Positions 13,089-24,379 are shown, counted from the first letter of the whole stretch. The stretch: DNA of 63,542 bases, filler included, from Octopus bimaculoides (GCF_001194135.2; 8 parts of 7 records of this genome joined end to end with filler, not necessarily neighbours in it), one strand, 5' to 3'. The notes: generated by a model from the sequence alone, not told the origin. Program-made: numbers and translations.

Positions 13089-13281
13089 AGTATATATACG
13101 ATGATCAACTTAGTGGAAAATAATATTTTTCTAAATTTGGTGGGTCTGTATTACATTTAGCCGGGCGATATTTATTGTTAAACCGGCCTGGTTGGGGCGT
13201 GCGCGTGCGCTTGTGTAAGCATATGTGTGTGTTTCTTCTTTTCTGCAGCAAAGAAAAACGGAAAGATTATAGTCAGGTTAA

Positions 13282-13291
13282 ATGACGTCAT
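13282..13291. promoter_or_regulatory. Palindromic CRE/ATF-type site ATGACGTCAT upstream of the metalloprotease-like gene
   Basis: A perfect TGACGTCA palindrome lies about 85 bp 5' of the ATG at 13375. The transcription start is unknown. Confidence 0.25.
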
Positions 13292-13374
13292 AAGAGAAAC
13301 TGTGCTAAATGGGAATATTCCAAGGGTTCGTGATATCGACAGAGTATTTGCTGAGTTTGTAAAAGTGTTTTCAT

Positions 13375-15294
13375 ATGGGGCGATTTCTGGCCTATCTACT
13401 TTTAAGCATTCTTTATTGTTACTTTTGTGAAACAAATGCTGGAAGTCACGGCTCAAAACCCTTTGCTGCCTGGGTATATAATATCAAAATCCCGTATACC
13501 AACAAGACCCAGAATAAAGATGCACTTTATTTTAGGGTTCAAGCAAATAAACATGAAATAATTTTAAAACTGAGAAAATCTTCAAGAACATATGAATCGT
13601 TTGATACGTATATCTTAAATTATAAAGGTTTTCAGAAGAATCACATCCAACATAACGTTACATGTGTTAATACATCTGGTATATACGTCAACGAAAATGG
13701 CTATTTTACAGTTCAATGTAAAAAAGAGCAAACACGAAACGAAACTTTCAAACAATATTTTTTAACTGGAATGTTTTGCTACAATGGTTTCCATTTCGTT
13801 CTTTATCCTGATTTTTTAAAACTCGATGTCGGAAGATTCCAAGGTAAATATGGACACCGGCATACAATACACTCTCTGCAAGGAGCAGCATCACAGAATG
13901 CGTGTGATCGTATTTCAGAGAATAATACGGCTAATTTAAAACCTCCTTATTCACAATCTAGGAAAAAGCGAGAAAACATGGGCTTTGCTAATTTGAATAT
14001 TGAATTATCACTTATACTAGACTATACAATATATGCGCACTTCATGTCGATAATACCACCTTATGTTGAAGACGTAGAAGAAAGAACGAACGAATTATTA
14101 CAATCATATTATAGTAGTCTGATTTCACTGATACATTATATATTCCATTCTCTGACTACTGAAAATTTTTCTTTAAATGTAATATGTAATTACATGATTA
14201 TTACTAAAACGGAACACGTGCACAACTTGGTTCTTGCTGAATCGAAAACAAGGGATCCAAAAGACATTTGGATGCGCTTGAGAAATTGGTTGATTCATTC
14301 AAGCGAGGAATATACTAGCGGTGTGGACCATATAATATTCATAACATTACAAGACATAATTCCATATGTTAAGGCACTTGATTTCGGCAAGGCAAACGGA
14401 ATTTGTTCAAGTGATTCTATAAGCATACTTGCTGAAAGGTTAAGTTTGAGAACAGCTTTTGCTGCAGTCCAGTTAATTGGACGCTCGGTTGGAATACCAT
14501 TTGATACGATTGACACTGAGTGTTCCCCCGAAAACAGATTCACAATGTCTCAACTCCTTGCATTATTCCAGAACACGGATTTAAGCTTAAACCTGTTTTC
14601 CTTTTCAGAATGTTCGAGAGACTTCGTATTAGGTATTGTCAAAAAAGGTCACACCGACAAGAGGTACGCTTGTTTGTGGCGAAGAAGCATAGCGCAAGAG
14701 TACCAGCTTAATACCTTAATCAAACCTGGACAATGGCTCAGCGCGAGTCAACAATGCTATCACAGATTTTTACACGAATCGAATATATACAATTGCGAAT
14801 ATGAGAATTTCAAAACAACAGACAGATTTTGTATCCATATGAAGTGTTACCAGAAAGGCATGTGTATTGGAATGATGCCACTAGAAGGTACAACGTGTGG
14901 CAACGGTAAGTGGTGCATTAAAGGGCACTGTACAACGGAGGGAGACCCACCAAAAATTGATATGGGTTGTTGGTTGGGGGATAAACAACCCGATGTAATC
15001 GATGAGCTTAATATTACGTGTAATTATGCTACATTCGGAAGAAATTATTATTGTTATAATGAATACTTCTTTTCTGTGTGTTGCTGGACTTGTGCTTTGC
15101 TACGCAGGAAAGCAGACAGCTGCACATTCGGGGACAAGCTTGATGGATGTCGAAAAAAACTTTGTAAATATTATGACGATTCAATGAAACAAAATTGCTG
15201 TGAAACCTGTGGACTAGAGGCTATCAGTTCGTCGAATCACCTCAAGACAATTTTATACCTATATATTTTACAATGTATTATTTGGTTTATTTAA
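13375..15294 (+). CDS. Intronless ADAM/ADAMTS-like M12B metalloprotease homolog, predicted catalytically inactive, secreted and probably GPI-anchored
   Basis: Uninterrupted 639-aa ORF in AT-rich DNA. It contains an N-terminal signal peptide (MGRFLAYLLLSILYCYFCETNA), a prodomain with a cysteine-switch-like NACD (C177), and furin site RKKR (aa196-199, nt 13960-13971). M12B motifs: IELSLILDY, DHIIFIT, GICSS, Met-turn RFTMS, FSECS. ADAMTS-type Cys-rich region PGQWLSASQQC...EGTTCGNGKWCIKGHC. Two C-x-x-GDK...CCxTC repeats and a hydrophobic C-terminus follow. The zinc motif position reads QLIGRSVGIPFD. Confidence 0.9.
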   Translation: MGRFLAYLLLSILYCYFCETNAGSHGSKPFAAWVYNIKIPYTNKTQNKDALYFRVQANKHEIILKLRKSSRTYESFDTYILNYKGFQKNHIQHNVTCVNTSGIYVNENGYFTVQCKKEQTRNETFKQYFLTGMFCYNGFHFVLYPDFLKLDVGRFQGKYGHRHTIHSLQGAASQNACDRISENNTANLKPPYSQSRKKRENMGFANLNIELSLILDYTIYAHFMSIIPPYVEDVEERTNELLQSYYSSLISLIHYIFHSLTTENFSLNVICNYMIITKTEHVHNLVLAESKTRDPKDIWMRLRNWLIHSSEEYTSGVDHIIFITLQDIIPYVKALDFGKANGICSSDSISILAERLSLRTAFAAVQLIGRSVGIPFDTIDTECSPENRFTMSQLLALFQNTDLSLNLFSFSECSRDFVLGIVKKGHTDKRYACLWRRSIAQEYQLNTLIKPGQWLSASQQCYHRFLHESNIYNCEYENFKTTDRFCIHMKCYQKGMCIGMMPLEGTTCGNGKWCIKGHCTTEGDPPKIDMGCWLGDKQPDVIDELNITCNYATFGRNYYCYNEYFFSVCCWTCALLRRKADSCTFGDKLDGCRKKLCKYYDDSMKQNCCETCGLEAISSSNHLKTILYLYILQCIIWFI

Positions 15295-15829
15295 ATAGCA
15301 TTAAGATGTTTTCTTAAGTTACCACGAATCGTTTTCAAGAAAACCAAAATGAGGCCTATAAGTGAATCTTTTTATTATGACTGTTTATACATTGTTCTTT
15401 AATTGTACATCACAAACATACGAAGGAGTCTCTCTGTGGCTACCCAACATGCATGACATGCCAGTCAAATTTCCTTCATACCGTACCATAGTTTTAAAAA
15501 AGGAAGGAGAAATTGACAAATTGCTTAGAAAATATAGTCTTAGATACTATTATAAATGCATGCAAGATATTATTACATATGCATGCATACATGTATACTA
15601 TCATAGATTCTGTTATATATGCATGCATGCATACATACGTACATACATATAGAAACGTATACTTATACACGTACATACATATCTGTGTATGTATGCATGT
15701 ATACATGTATGTGTTTATACACACACACACACACATAACTACATGATACATGCTATGTGTGTGTATATATATATAAATGTGTGTGTCGTATATATTTTAT
15801 ATTTGAAAAAAGAAAAAGAATGACTTCAC

Positions 15830-16980
15830 TGGTAGTTCTAATCAGTTTAATTTATTATTTTTTAGAAAGTTAAAGAAGTGATTTTAAATTCTCAATCGCA
15901 TTATTATTTTTTATATTTTTAATAATATAAATTTTACACTTTAGTTTGTAGATCTAGTAAGTTCTTTGTTAACTTGGGTGGGGAGATTTAAAAAAAAAAT
16001 TCCTTGCTAACTTTCTTGCATTAGTTGTCAAATAGATCTGAGGATTTGGGGCTTTGTGATTCTATATATGGGATTTGGGTGTGTTTGGGGGTGGGGTTGG
16101 GGTTTGTTAATTAGTATGGGAGTGAAAGAATGTTGATGAATAATAGATGAAAGGAAGTAATGTTAGAGTGTTTTATGAAGCCATTTGAATAGTTGACCTT
16201 GGGTGAGAAATCTAATTGTCAGATGTTTTCCCAAATTCTTTCTTTTAGCAATTTTCTATGTTTTAGGGGTATGANNNNNNNNNNNNNNNNNNNNNNNNNN
16301 NNNNNNNNNNNNNNNNNNNNNNNNNNNNNNNNNNNNNNNNNNNNNNNNNNNNNNNNNNNNNNNNNNNNNNNNNNNNNNNNNNNNNNNNNNNNNNNNNNNN
16401 NNNNNNNNNNNNNNNNNNNNNNNNNNNNNNNNNNNNNNNNNNNNNNNNNNNNNNNNNNNNNNNNNNNNNNNNNNNNNNNNNNNNNNNNNNNNNNNNNNNN
16501 NNNNNNNNNNNNNNNNNNNNNNNNNNNNNNNNNNNNNNNNNNNNNNNNNNNNNNNNNNTGAATAAAAATAAAGGGTTTTGTATGATAGTGTATAGAGGAA
16601 TATATTATTTAAAAGAGTTCCAACTCTGTCTGATTTTTATGTTTTATTTATATTCTATAAAATTAATGTGGGATATAGGATATGGAATATATAATATAAA
16701 TAGTAAAATGAAATGAAGTATTGAATGTCTTATTGAATATATGAAATATTGAGTATCAAATATTGAGTATCAAATATATAAGGACTAGTATACTTTCCTG
16801 CCTCGTGGCAGTACATCTGTCAGACGGGACCTTGAGTATTTGTATAGGTATGGTGTGTGTTGAGGTACTATATATGTAGGGGTTTATATTGGGCTTGAGG
16901 TGGGAAAAATCAAATACATAACAATAGTCACTCCAAGTTATTTCTCTGAGCTCATTTTCGCTTAGATTTTGCAAGCAACC
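15830..16980 (-). mobile_element. Possible very old APE-type LINE remnant
   Basis: Strong G/T strand skew and weak frame-broken motifs resembling the APE end (TATRQESILVLI) and the pre-RT region (ITKPQILRSI). Interrupted by a gap at 16275-16558. Confidence 0.3.
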
Positions 16981-17016
16981 TATTTCATTCTAATAAGACG
17001 GTTATGGATACAATTT

Positions 17017-18304
17017 AAAGTCCGTAATAAAATAGAAGCCCTCCACCTCCCTGGTTGATATTCCGTCATCGCTTCAATTCAATCGTCTGCTCCTTTCTTG
17101 TGGTAAAAAAAATACTGTTCTTTTCTGTTTTTTTTTTCTTATTAACTTCTCAGTGAAGGCGTGTGGCCTAGTGGTTAGGGCATTGTTCCCACCAGGTGGT
17201 TTGTTGTGTTGTTGAGCAGAACACTTAATTTCATGTTGCTCTGCGTTCACTTCGACATCTTCTGTGCGGCATACCTTGCACTTGCACAGGTAATGTCGCT
17301 TTGATGGCGAGAGGTAATGTACAACATAAACAGCTGATCACTATATACAAATCATCTGTGCAGGTTGTTCAGAAACTAATTACTGAACCGTCTTTCTCGG
17401 ATTATAGACTATCATTAATTAGTCTCACAGATTTTCCTGTTTCAATGCTGTCCGTTGATTAAATCACAACAAACAAGTGAAAGAACTCCAAACAGTTTGT
17501 AAACTTATTGCTTATTGTGTAAATGTGTTTTCTGGAGCATCGACCGTTCAAATTGATGCGATGCCAGATTTCATTACTGGCTGTTTTGTATTCAGAACCA
17601 AGAAATACAACTTACAATTAACTTAGATAAATAGGTTAAGAGTATGTCTGCGTAGTTCAAAGGTTCGCTTCGTCAGTCGTGGATTCCAGTGTTTGCTCTC
17701 CCTCAGTGACACTTGTACGGAAAGCTTTTATTATAACTTCATATGTATTCAATCCTTTTGAGTGAAATCAAGTGGACAGAAACTGCAAGGATATTTAGAA
17801 ATAGAAGGAATATAAAGACGCTGATGATGAATATCAAGATGGCTGGAGAAAAATTCCCGAGGAAAGTGTTCTGCATACCAAATTTATATTGGTAATATTG
17901 ATCTCTACTTAAACGTGGATGTTCTGTTAAAGCAAACTATACTGCGGTAGATCTGAGAGAAATTCTCATGCTGGTCTTTGGTGCAAAATGCACACTTGTT
18001 TATATCGCTAGCGGGGAAATAAACCGCCGCCATCTCGTGATTTCGACCTTCCTTGGTCTCGTCATTGATGGACGCTCGACTGCGAGAGACAGCAGCGACT
18101 CATCTCACCGCCAGCGATATATAGAAATATATACCAAAGTCCGTAATAAAATAGAAGCCCTCCACCTCCCTGGTTGATATTCCGTCATCGCTTCAATTCA
18201 ATCGTCTGCTCCTTTCTTGTGGTAAAAAAAATACTGTTCTTTTCTGTTTTTTTTCTTCTTATTAACTTCTCAGTGAAGGCGTGTGGCCTAGTGGTTAGGG
18301 CATT
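17017..18304 (+). repeat. 168/169-bp near-identical direct repeat pair (17017-17184 and 18136-18304)
   Basis: The copies are identical by eye except within a T-tract (T10CTT vs T8CTTCTT). Confidence 0.92.
17153..17400 (+). mobile_element. tRNA-headed SINE, family D head with a different body
   Basis: Head GTGAAGGCGTGTGGCCTAGTGGTTAGGGC matches the head at 40382. The body is unrelated to family A. The 3' boundary is approximate. Confidence 0.55.
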
Positions 18305-20777
18305 ATATATCTTAAAACTAAATATGTGCTGTAGAGGCTAACTTACCTTTATCTTATCTTTTAATGTTTTCTTGTTTTAGTCATTGGACTAAGCTGGTGC
18401 TGGGGCACGGCCTTGAAACCTTCAGTCGAACAAATCGATCTTAGTACTTATTTTTTAAAAGCCTAGTACTTATTTTATCGGACTCTTTTATTCAATCAAC
18501 TAGATACAAGGACGTAAACAAACCAACACCGGTTGTCAAGTGATGGTGTTTCACACACGCACACACACGCGCACACACGCACACACACATACACACAGAG
18601 ACACAGACACACACACACACACACACACACCACGGGATTCTTCAGCACTTTTCTCATTCATGTCTTGACGGAAAAAAAACAACAATATTATTACAGTAAT
18701 AAAAAAGAAAAAATTCATAAGGGACGTAACTCTGCTACAGCATGGAAGAGTTAATGGCCTTCTAACTATCTATATTTACATGAATATCATTTTACGGTGC
18801 ATTTAAGAACACTAGTTCTTTTTACTACCCAAATTCATATATCAGAATTTATTTGCATTAATTTGGAATTTTCTTACGCAATCAATTAAGAAAAGTTAGT
18901 ACAATTATAGCTTTATGAATACAAGACAAAAATGTTGTTGTCACCTAACAAAAATATGGCTACGTTTTCGTTGTATATAACTTCAGAATGCCGGAAACTA
19001 TTCAGTTTTTGCAAAGAGTTAACATGCAGTTTAGGATTTAAAAAATGAATGAAAATTGACCTGAAGTAACGATAATGATATTCCATAATTTTTTAAAGAA
19101 AGCATAAATAGAACTTATGAAATCCCTTAATTTTATTACTTGAACTCATTCTTCATTATGCCGTATTCGCATGTACTTTCTTATATTGTACTTTTAAGAA
19201 GTGACTTAAGTGTTTCAGAAAGAGTAGCTGAGGCACACCGTAGAAATGTTCCCACGGTTTATCTCAGCTGCTATAAATGTGATTGTTTTTTTATCTTATA
19301 TGAAATAAGTATACGTTCTGCACATTGGTTATGTCATGCAACGGTAAGATATTTTCTGAATTTTGATAATCAACAATATGATGATTTGCCTGAAGCGAAG
19401 TCGATAAAAAGAACACAAATTTCGTAGATATGTCAAATGTAAAAAACAAAAACAAAAGACAAAACAAAAACAAACAAACAAACAAAAATACGTTATCAAA
19501 CATCATGTTGTTACTTCGAACTACAAAGAGATGTTTACACCAAATAAGAATAGTTCAAAGTTTGTATGGGATATTGTTGTGGCCAAGCATGACAATACTG
19601 TCATTGTTATCGTCGTCCGTCATCGCCGTCCGACAGCTACAGACACTAGTTAAAAGTGAGCACCACTACTAGACGCGAATGGCAAGAATTTGTGTCAGTT
19701 CAAGAAAAAGTGGCGTGAAAAAAAAAAAAAAAAAAAACCTTGCTGGGGTCATTTTTGTAATGATGTTTATGAATTGTGTTCGTGCTGTTTATTTGTTTTT
19801 GTATCGGACACAATGATAGAATCAATCCAAGTTCGATTTTTAGGTGTTTTTGGACTGCCTAGTCGTGGCTGTGTGGGAAGAAACTTGCTTCAAAAACCAC
19901 GCGCGCACGCACACACACACACACACACACACATACATACATACATGCGTGATAGATCGCTGACCACTNNNNNNNNNNNNNNNNNNNNNNNNNNNNNNNN
20001 NNNNNNNNNNNNNNNNNNNNNNNNNNNNNNNNNNNNNNNNNNNNNNNNNNNNNNNNNNNNNNNNNNNNNNNNNNNNNNNNNNNNNNNNNNNNNNNNNNNN
20101 NNNNNNNNNNNNNNNNNNNNNNNNNNNNNNNNNNNNNNNNNNNNNNNNNNNNNNNNNNNNNNNNNNNNNNNNNNNNNNNNNNNNNNNNNNNNNNNNNNNN
20201 NNNNNNNNNNNNNNNNNNNNNNNNNNNNNNNNNNNNNNNNNNNNNNNNNNNNNNNNNNNNNNNNNNNNNNNNNNNNNNNNNNNNNNNNNNNNNNNNNNNN
20301 NNNNNNNNNNNNNNNNNNNNNNNNNNNNNNNNNNNNNNNNNNNNNNNNNNNNNNNNNNNNNNNNNNNNNNNNNNNNNNNNNNNNNNNNNNNNNNNNNNNN
20401 NNNNNNNNNNNNNNNNNNNNNNNNNNNNNNNNNNNNNNNNNNNNNNNNNNNNNNNNNNNNNNNNNNNNNNNNNNNNNNNNNNNNNNNNNNNNNNNNNNNN
20501 NNNNNNNNNNNNNNNNNNNNNNNNNNNNNNNNNNNNNNNNNNNNNNNNNNNNNNNNNNNNNNNNNNNNNNNNNNNNNNNNNNNNNNNNNNNNNNNNNNNN
20601 NNNNNNNNNNNNNNNNNNNNNNNNNNNNNNNNNNNNNNNNNNNNNNNNNNNNNNNNNNNNNNNNNNNNNNNNNNNNNNNNNNNNNNNNNNNNNNNNNNNN
20701 NNNNNNNNNNNNNNNNNNNNNNNNNNNNNNNNNNNNNNNNNNNNNNNNNNNNNTATATATATATATATATATATACC

Positions 20778-21681
20778 CAAACGAAGTTAAAAACAAGCAA
20801 AAAGAACAGAAATCATCTGACTGGCAAAAGAAGGCGTTGCATGGTAGATTCCCAAAGATAGTTGCCGCAAATAGTAGTAGTAGTAGTTGTAGTAGTAGTA
20901 GTAGTAGTAGTTGTTGTTGTTGTGATACATGGTTATGATTGCAAAAAGGAAAAGTGAAGAGGGAGACAGAGTTTGTTAGTAGCTGCATAAGATCAAGGAT
21001 TAAGGACTAATTGAATAAAAGCCAAAACAGACAAAAAAAGATGATTCCCAATGTAGATCATGCAAATCAAAAGAGGAAAGCGTTACTCATATAGTAAGTG
21101 AATGTAGCATGCTGGCACAGAAAGAATACAAGAAAAGACATGACAGTCTAGGGAGAGTAATCCACTGGGATCTATGTTGAAAGCTAGGATTTGAACATAC
21201 TGATAAATCGTATGAATATGAACCTAGTAAAGTGCTAGAAAGTAAGAAATAAATGATGTTGTGGGACTTTAATATTCCGACTGACAGAGTAATAAAAGCT
21301 AGAAGACCTGATTTAGTAGTAATAGATAAAGAGAATAGTAAGTGCCAGATAATTGACTTTACAGTCCCAAATAATGAAAACATTAATATGAGAAGTATAT
21401 AAAAGATAACGAAGTACCAGGACCTAATTATTGAATTACAGAGACAATGGAAAGTGCGGGTAAAATGTATTCCACTAGTTATAGGTACATTGGGAACTAT
21501 CCCTAAAGATCTGAACATGTGGATAGAAGAAATAGGAATAAAACCCAGTTTAGTACAGCTCCAGAAAACAGTATTATTAGGGACAGCTAGGATACTTAGG
21601 AGGGTTCTTGGCATCTAAGGTTACTTTTAGCCCGATGTTAGGATTTTTTTCTTTTTTAACAGTCTAATCTGTTGAGTGTAT

Positions 21682-21710
<29 letters not shown>
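20778..21710 (+). mobile_element. 3' portion of a REL-endonuclease non-LTR retrotransposon (R4/Dong-like)
   Basis: Degraded translation gives WQKKALHGRF..KRETESLLVAA, CCHC knuckle CRSCKSKEESVTHIVSEC (21052-21105), KRHDSLGRVIHW, LWDFNIPTDRVIKARRPDLVVIDK..IIDF, IPLVIGTLG, and a stop at 21616-18. A short 3' UTR and a (TGA)n tail follow. A (TAG)n microsatellite interrupts it at about 20872-20921. Confidence 0.88.
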
Positions 21711-21711
<1 letters not shown>

Positions 21712-21713
<2 letters not shown>

Positions 21714-21804
21714 ATGTGGAGATGGACAAGAAACAATGAATCATATTGTCACTGGCTGCTCAGTCCTGGCTAAGAAGTAATATATTCACAAACACGACCG
21801 AATT
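21712..21804 (+). mobile_element. Short fragment of a second REL-type non-LTR element (CCHC region)
   Basis: Translates as ICGDGQETMNHIVTGCSVLAKK*YIHKHDR, the zinc-knuckle/RHD region, but diverged from the neighbouring copy. It sits between (TGA)n and (TTC)n tracts. Confidence 0.7.
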
Positions 21805-21848
21805 CTTCTTTTTCTTCTTCTTCTTCTTCTTCTTCTTCTTCTTCTTCT

Positions 21849-21883
<35 letters not shown>

Positions 21884-22298
21884 TTCCTCTTCTTCTTCTT
21901 CTTCTTCTAATTTACGACCACTCCTAAGCAGTCCTCTCACCCTCCTTGTTGATTCGTCCTCCCTCTTTCACGAGACATTTATCACCTACAATACTATAAG
22001 AATGTAATGCAGTAGGGATTATACTGAACATGCTTTGTTAAATGGTTTCCTCTCTTCCCCAGTTGTTGTTTGTTTCTTTTTTCCCTTTGTTCACCTTGTC
22101 TCGCTCTGTCTTGTTCACATTGAATCCGGTATGGTGTGGTCTATATATATATATTCATATAGTTTTTAACAAGCATTCTCCTAATTTAATACGAATCAGG
22201 TTGAAGTGATTCCGGTGCAGTGAGAGATAGGGGCAATCTTGTATCTTGGACATTTGTTCGCGGAGCAATGTCCTTAAACCAGTACCCCTTAAAATGGC

Positions 22299-22340
<42 letters not shown>

Positions 22341-22599
22341 AATAATGAGTTCTTTATTAACCACAAAGGGTTTAGATTAAGAAAAAACATGGAGATTACA
22401 GGACAAAACAAAGAATGTGTGTGTGTGTATGTGTGTGAATTTGTGTTGTTGTGAGGGTTTTGCGTGTAAACAAGATTAACATAATAAAAGAAAAAAAATC
22501 AACAATGTGTAATCCTCAAAAGAGTGGAGACGTTCGAGGGATACTCATGGAAAAAAAACCCTTGTAAAATCATGGGTTTTCTTTTCTCCAACTATAGGC

Positions 22600-22663
<64 letters not shown>

Positions 22664-23454
22664 CCATTCTTTTATTGGCCACAAGGGCTGTTCGATTTGT
22701 TCGACGTCGTAAGCGACGGAGTGTCAACAACATATCCTGGCAGATCAATAAAATATATCTAACAATATACGTGTAGGCGTGGCTGCGTGAAAAGAAGCTT
22801 GCTTTCCAGCCACATGTTCCGGGTTCAATCCCACTGCGTGGTACCTTCGACAAGTGTCTTCTACTACAAGAGAGAGCATGAGGGACAGAAACAAAGGGAG
22901 TGAGGAGAAGGGAGAAGGAACACGAAAGCTAGTAGGGAGTGGAAGAAAGACAGGGGACAGCAAAGAACGAGGGGGAGAAACGGAAAATAAAGAGGGTTAT
23001 AAAGGGATAGAGAAAACAGAGTGTGGAGGCACAGAAATTATAAATACATAATAAGAACTTACTGTGGACAAGGCTGCGAGGCGTTCGGTTATAGATAAAT
23101 AAAAAATACACATTAAGTACAGGATATCACCAACGAGCGAAAAACACGTAAACACACGGGACAAAATACGTAGTTGGTGATGTCCTGTACTTAATGTGCA
23201 TTATATATATATATATGTATGTATATATCTATGTTTATATATATATATATCTATGTTTATATCTTTGTCTTTGTGCCTATGTTTGTCCCCCATCACCGCT
23301 TAACACTCGATGTTGGTGTGTTTACGTTGCTGTAACTAGCGGTTCGGAAAAAGAGACAGATAGAATAGATCTCGAAGGTTTTCCTCCATTTGGGGAATTT
23401 TTCTTTAATTAGAACTTTTTTTGTTTTTGGTTTTGCACGATTTTTTAAATGTAA

Positions 23455-23880
23455 TCCCACACTGGCAGAATCGGTGAGGATGTTTAAGAATATCTGTTCC
23501 GGCTTCATGCTGAGTTCAAATTTCGCTGAGGTTGACTTTGCTTTATATCCTTTAGGGCGTGATAAAATAAGTACCATTTGAGCACTGGGGTCCATGTAAT
23601 CGACTTAACCCTCCTACTAAATTTCAAGCCTTGTACCTATAGCAGAAAATATCAGCAGCAGTAGCGGCGAACTAGCAGAATCATCGTCAGCACGCTGGTC
23701 AAAATCCTTCGCGGTATTTCCTGCTTCTTTATGTTATAAAATCAAATTTCACCAAAGTCGACTTTCAACCTTTCAGGGTTGATAAAATAAGTATCTGTTG
23801 CATATTGATGTTGATATAACCGACTAGCCTTCTCCTCTAAAAATTTCAGGCCTTGTGCCCATAGTAGAAAGGATCGTCAT

Positions 23881-23911
<31 letters not shown>

Positions 23912-23960
23912 AGTAGTAGCATGAAAGACGAGTTGGCAGAGCCGTTAGCACGCTGGGAAA
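23455..23960 (+). mobile_element. Tandem cluster of family B SINEs (two near-complete copies plus a head fragment)
   Basis: Repeated CTGGCAGAATCG..GAGTTCAAATT..GTTGACTTTGC..GATAAAATAAGTACC..GCCTTGTGCC modules separated by CAT/CAG triplet tracts. Confidence 0.75.
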
Positions 23961-24267
23961 ACAATGGAAAAAAAAATCCTCTGTTTGCCGTCGTTTGTGT
24001 TTTTATTTTAATATTGTAAACTTTTATTTGAAGAAAATGATTGTAAAAGGAAAATTGAATGAACGAGTATCAATCAAGTTTCCTGTTGCTGCTTCTGTTT
24101 CTAAAATTGCCTTTGCGTTTGTCCCACAATATAATTTTAGTTAGCCTCTTAATAATGTTAGTTGAGGTTAAATATGTTGATATTAAAAATATTATTGCTT
24201 TTATTACGCTGCATATTTGGAGCAGAGGTAACATCGCTTAAATAGCTGTGACTGAAGAAATGCTTGC

Positions 24268-24328
24268 GTGTCGCAATCTGGGTAGGTGTCGCAATTTGGG
24301 TAGGTGTCGTAATCTGGGTAGGTGTCGC
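24268..24328 (+). repeat. 18-bp tandem repeat, about 3.4 copies
   Basis: Unit GTGTCGCAATCTGGGTAG. Confidence 0.9.
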
Positions 24329-24379
24329 TGCGAGCTGATTTTAAGTGTATATATACCATTTGTCTACAGCGAGAAATAG

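Noticed and set aside
16070-16102. G-quadruplex-forming run of five G-tracts about 800 bp downstream of the gene
   Set aside because: It lies within a strand-skewed putative LINE relic, and nothing links it to regulation.
17905-18035. Minus-strand ATGGCGGCG start in a GC-richer patch
   Set aside because: It gives only a 42-aa ORF with no recognisable motif or splice donor.
22150-22310. Possible additional REL-LINE 3' fragment before (AAT)n (VEVIPV..IGA)
   Set aside because: The similarity is too short and frame-broken to support a call without a search.
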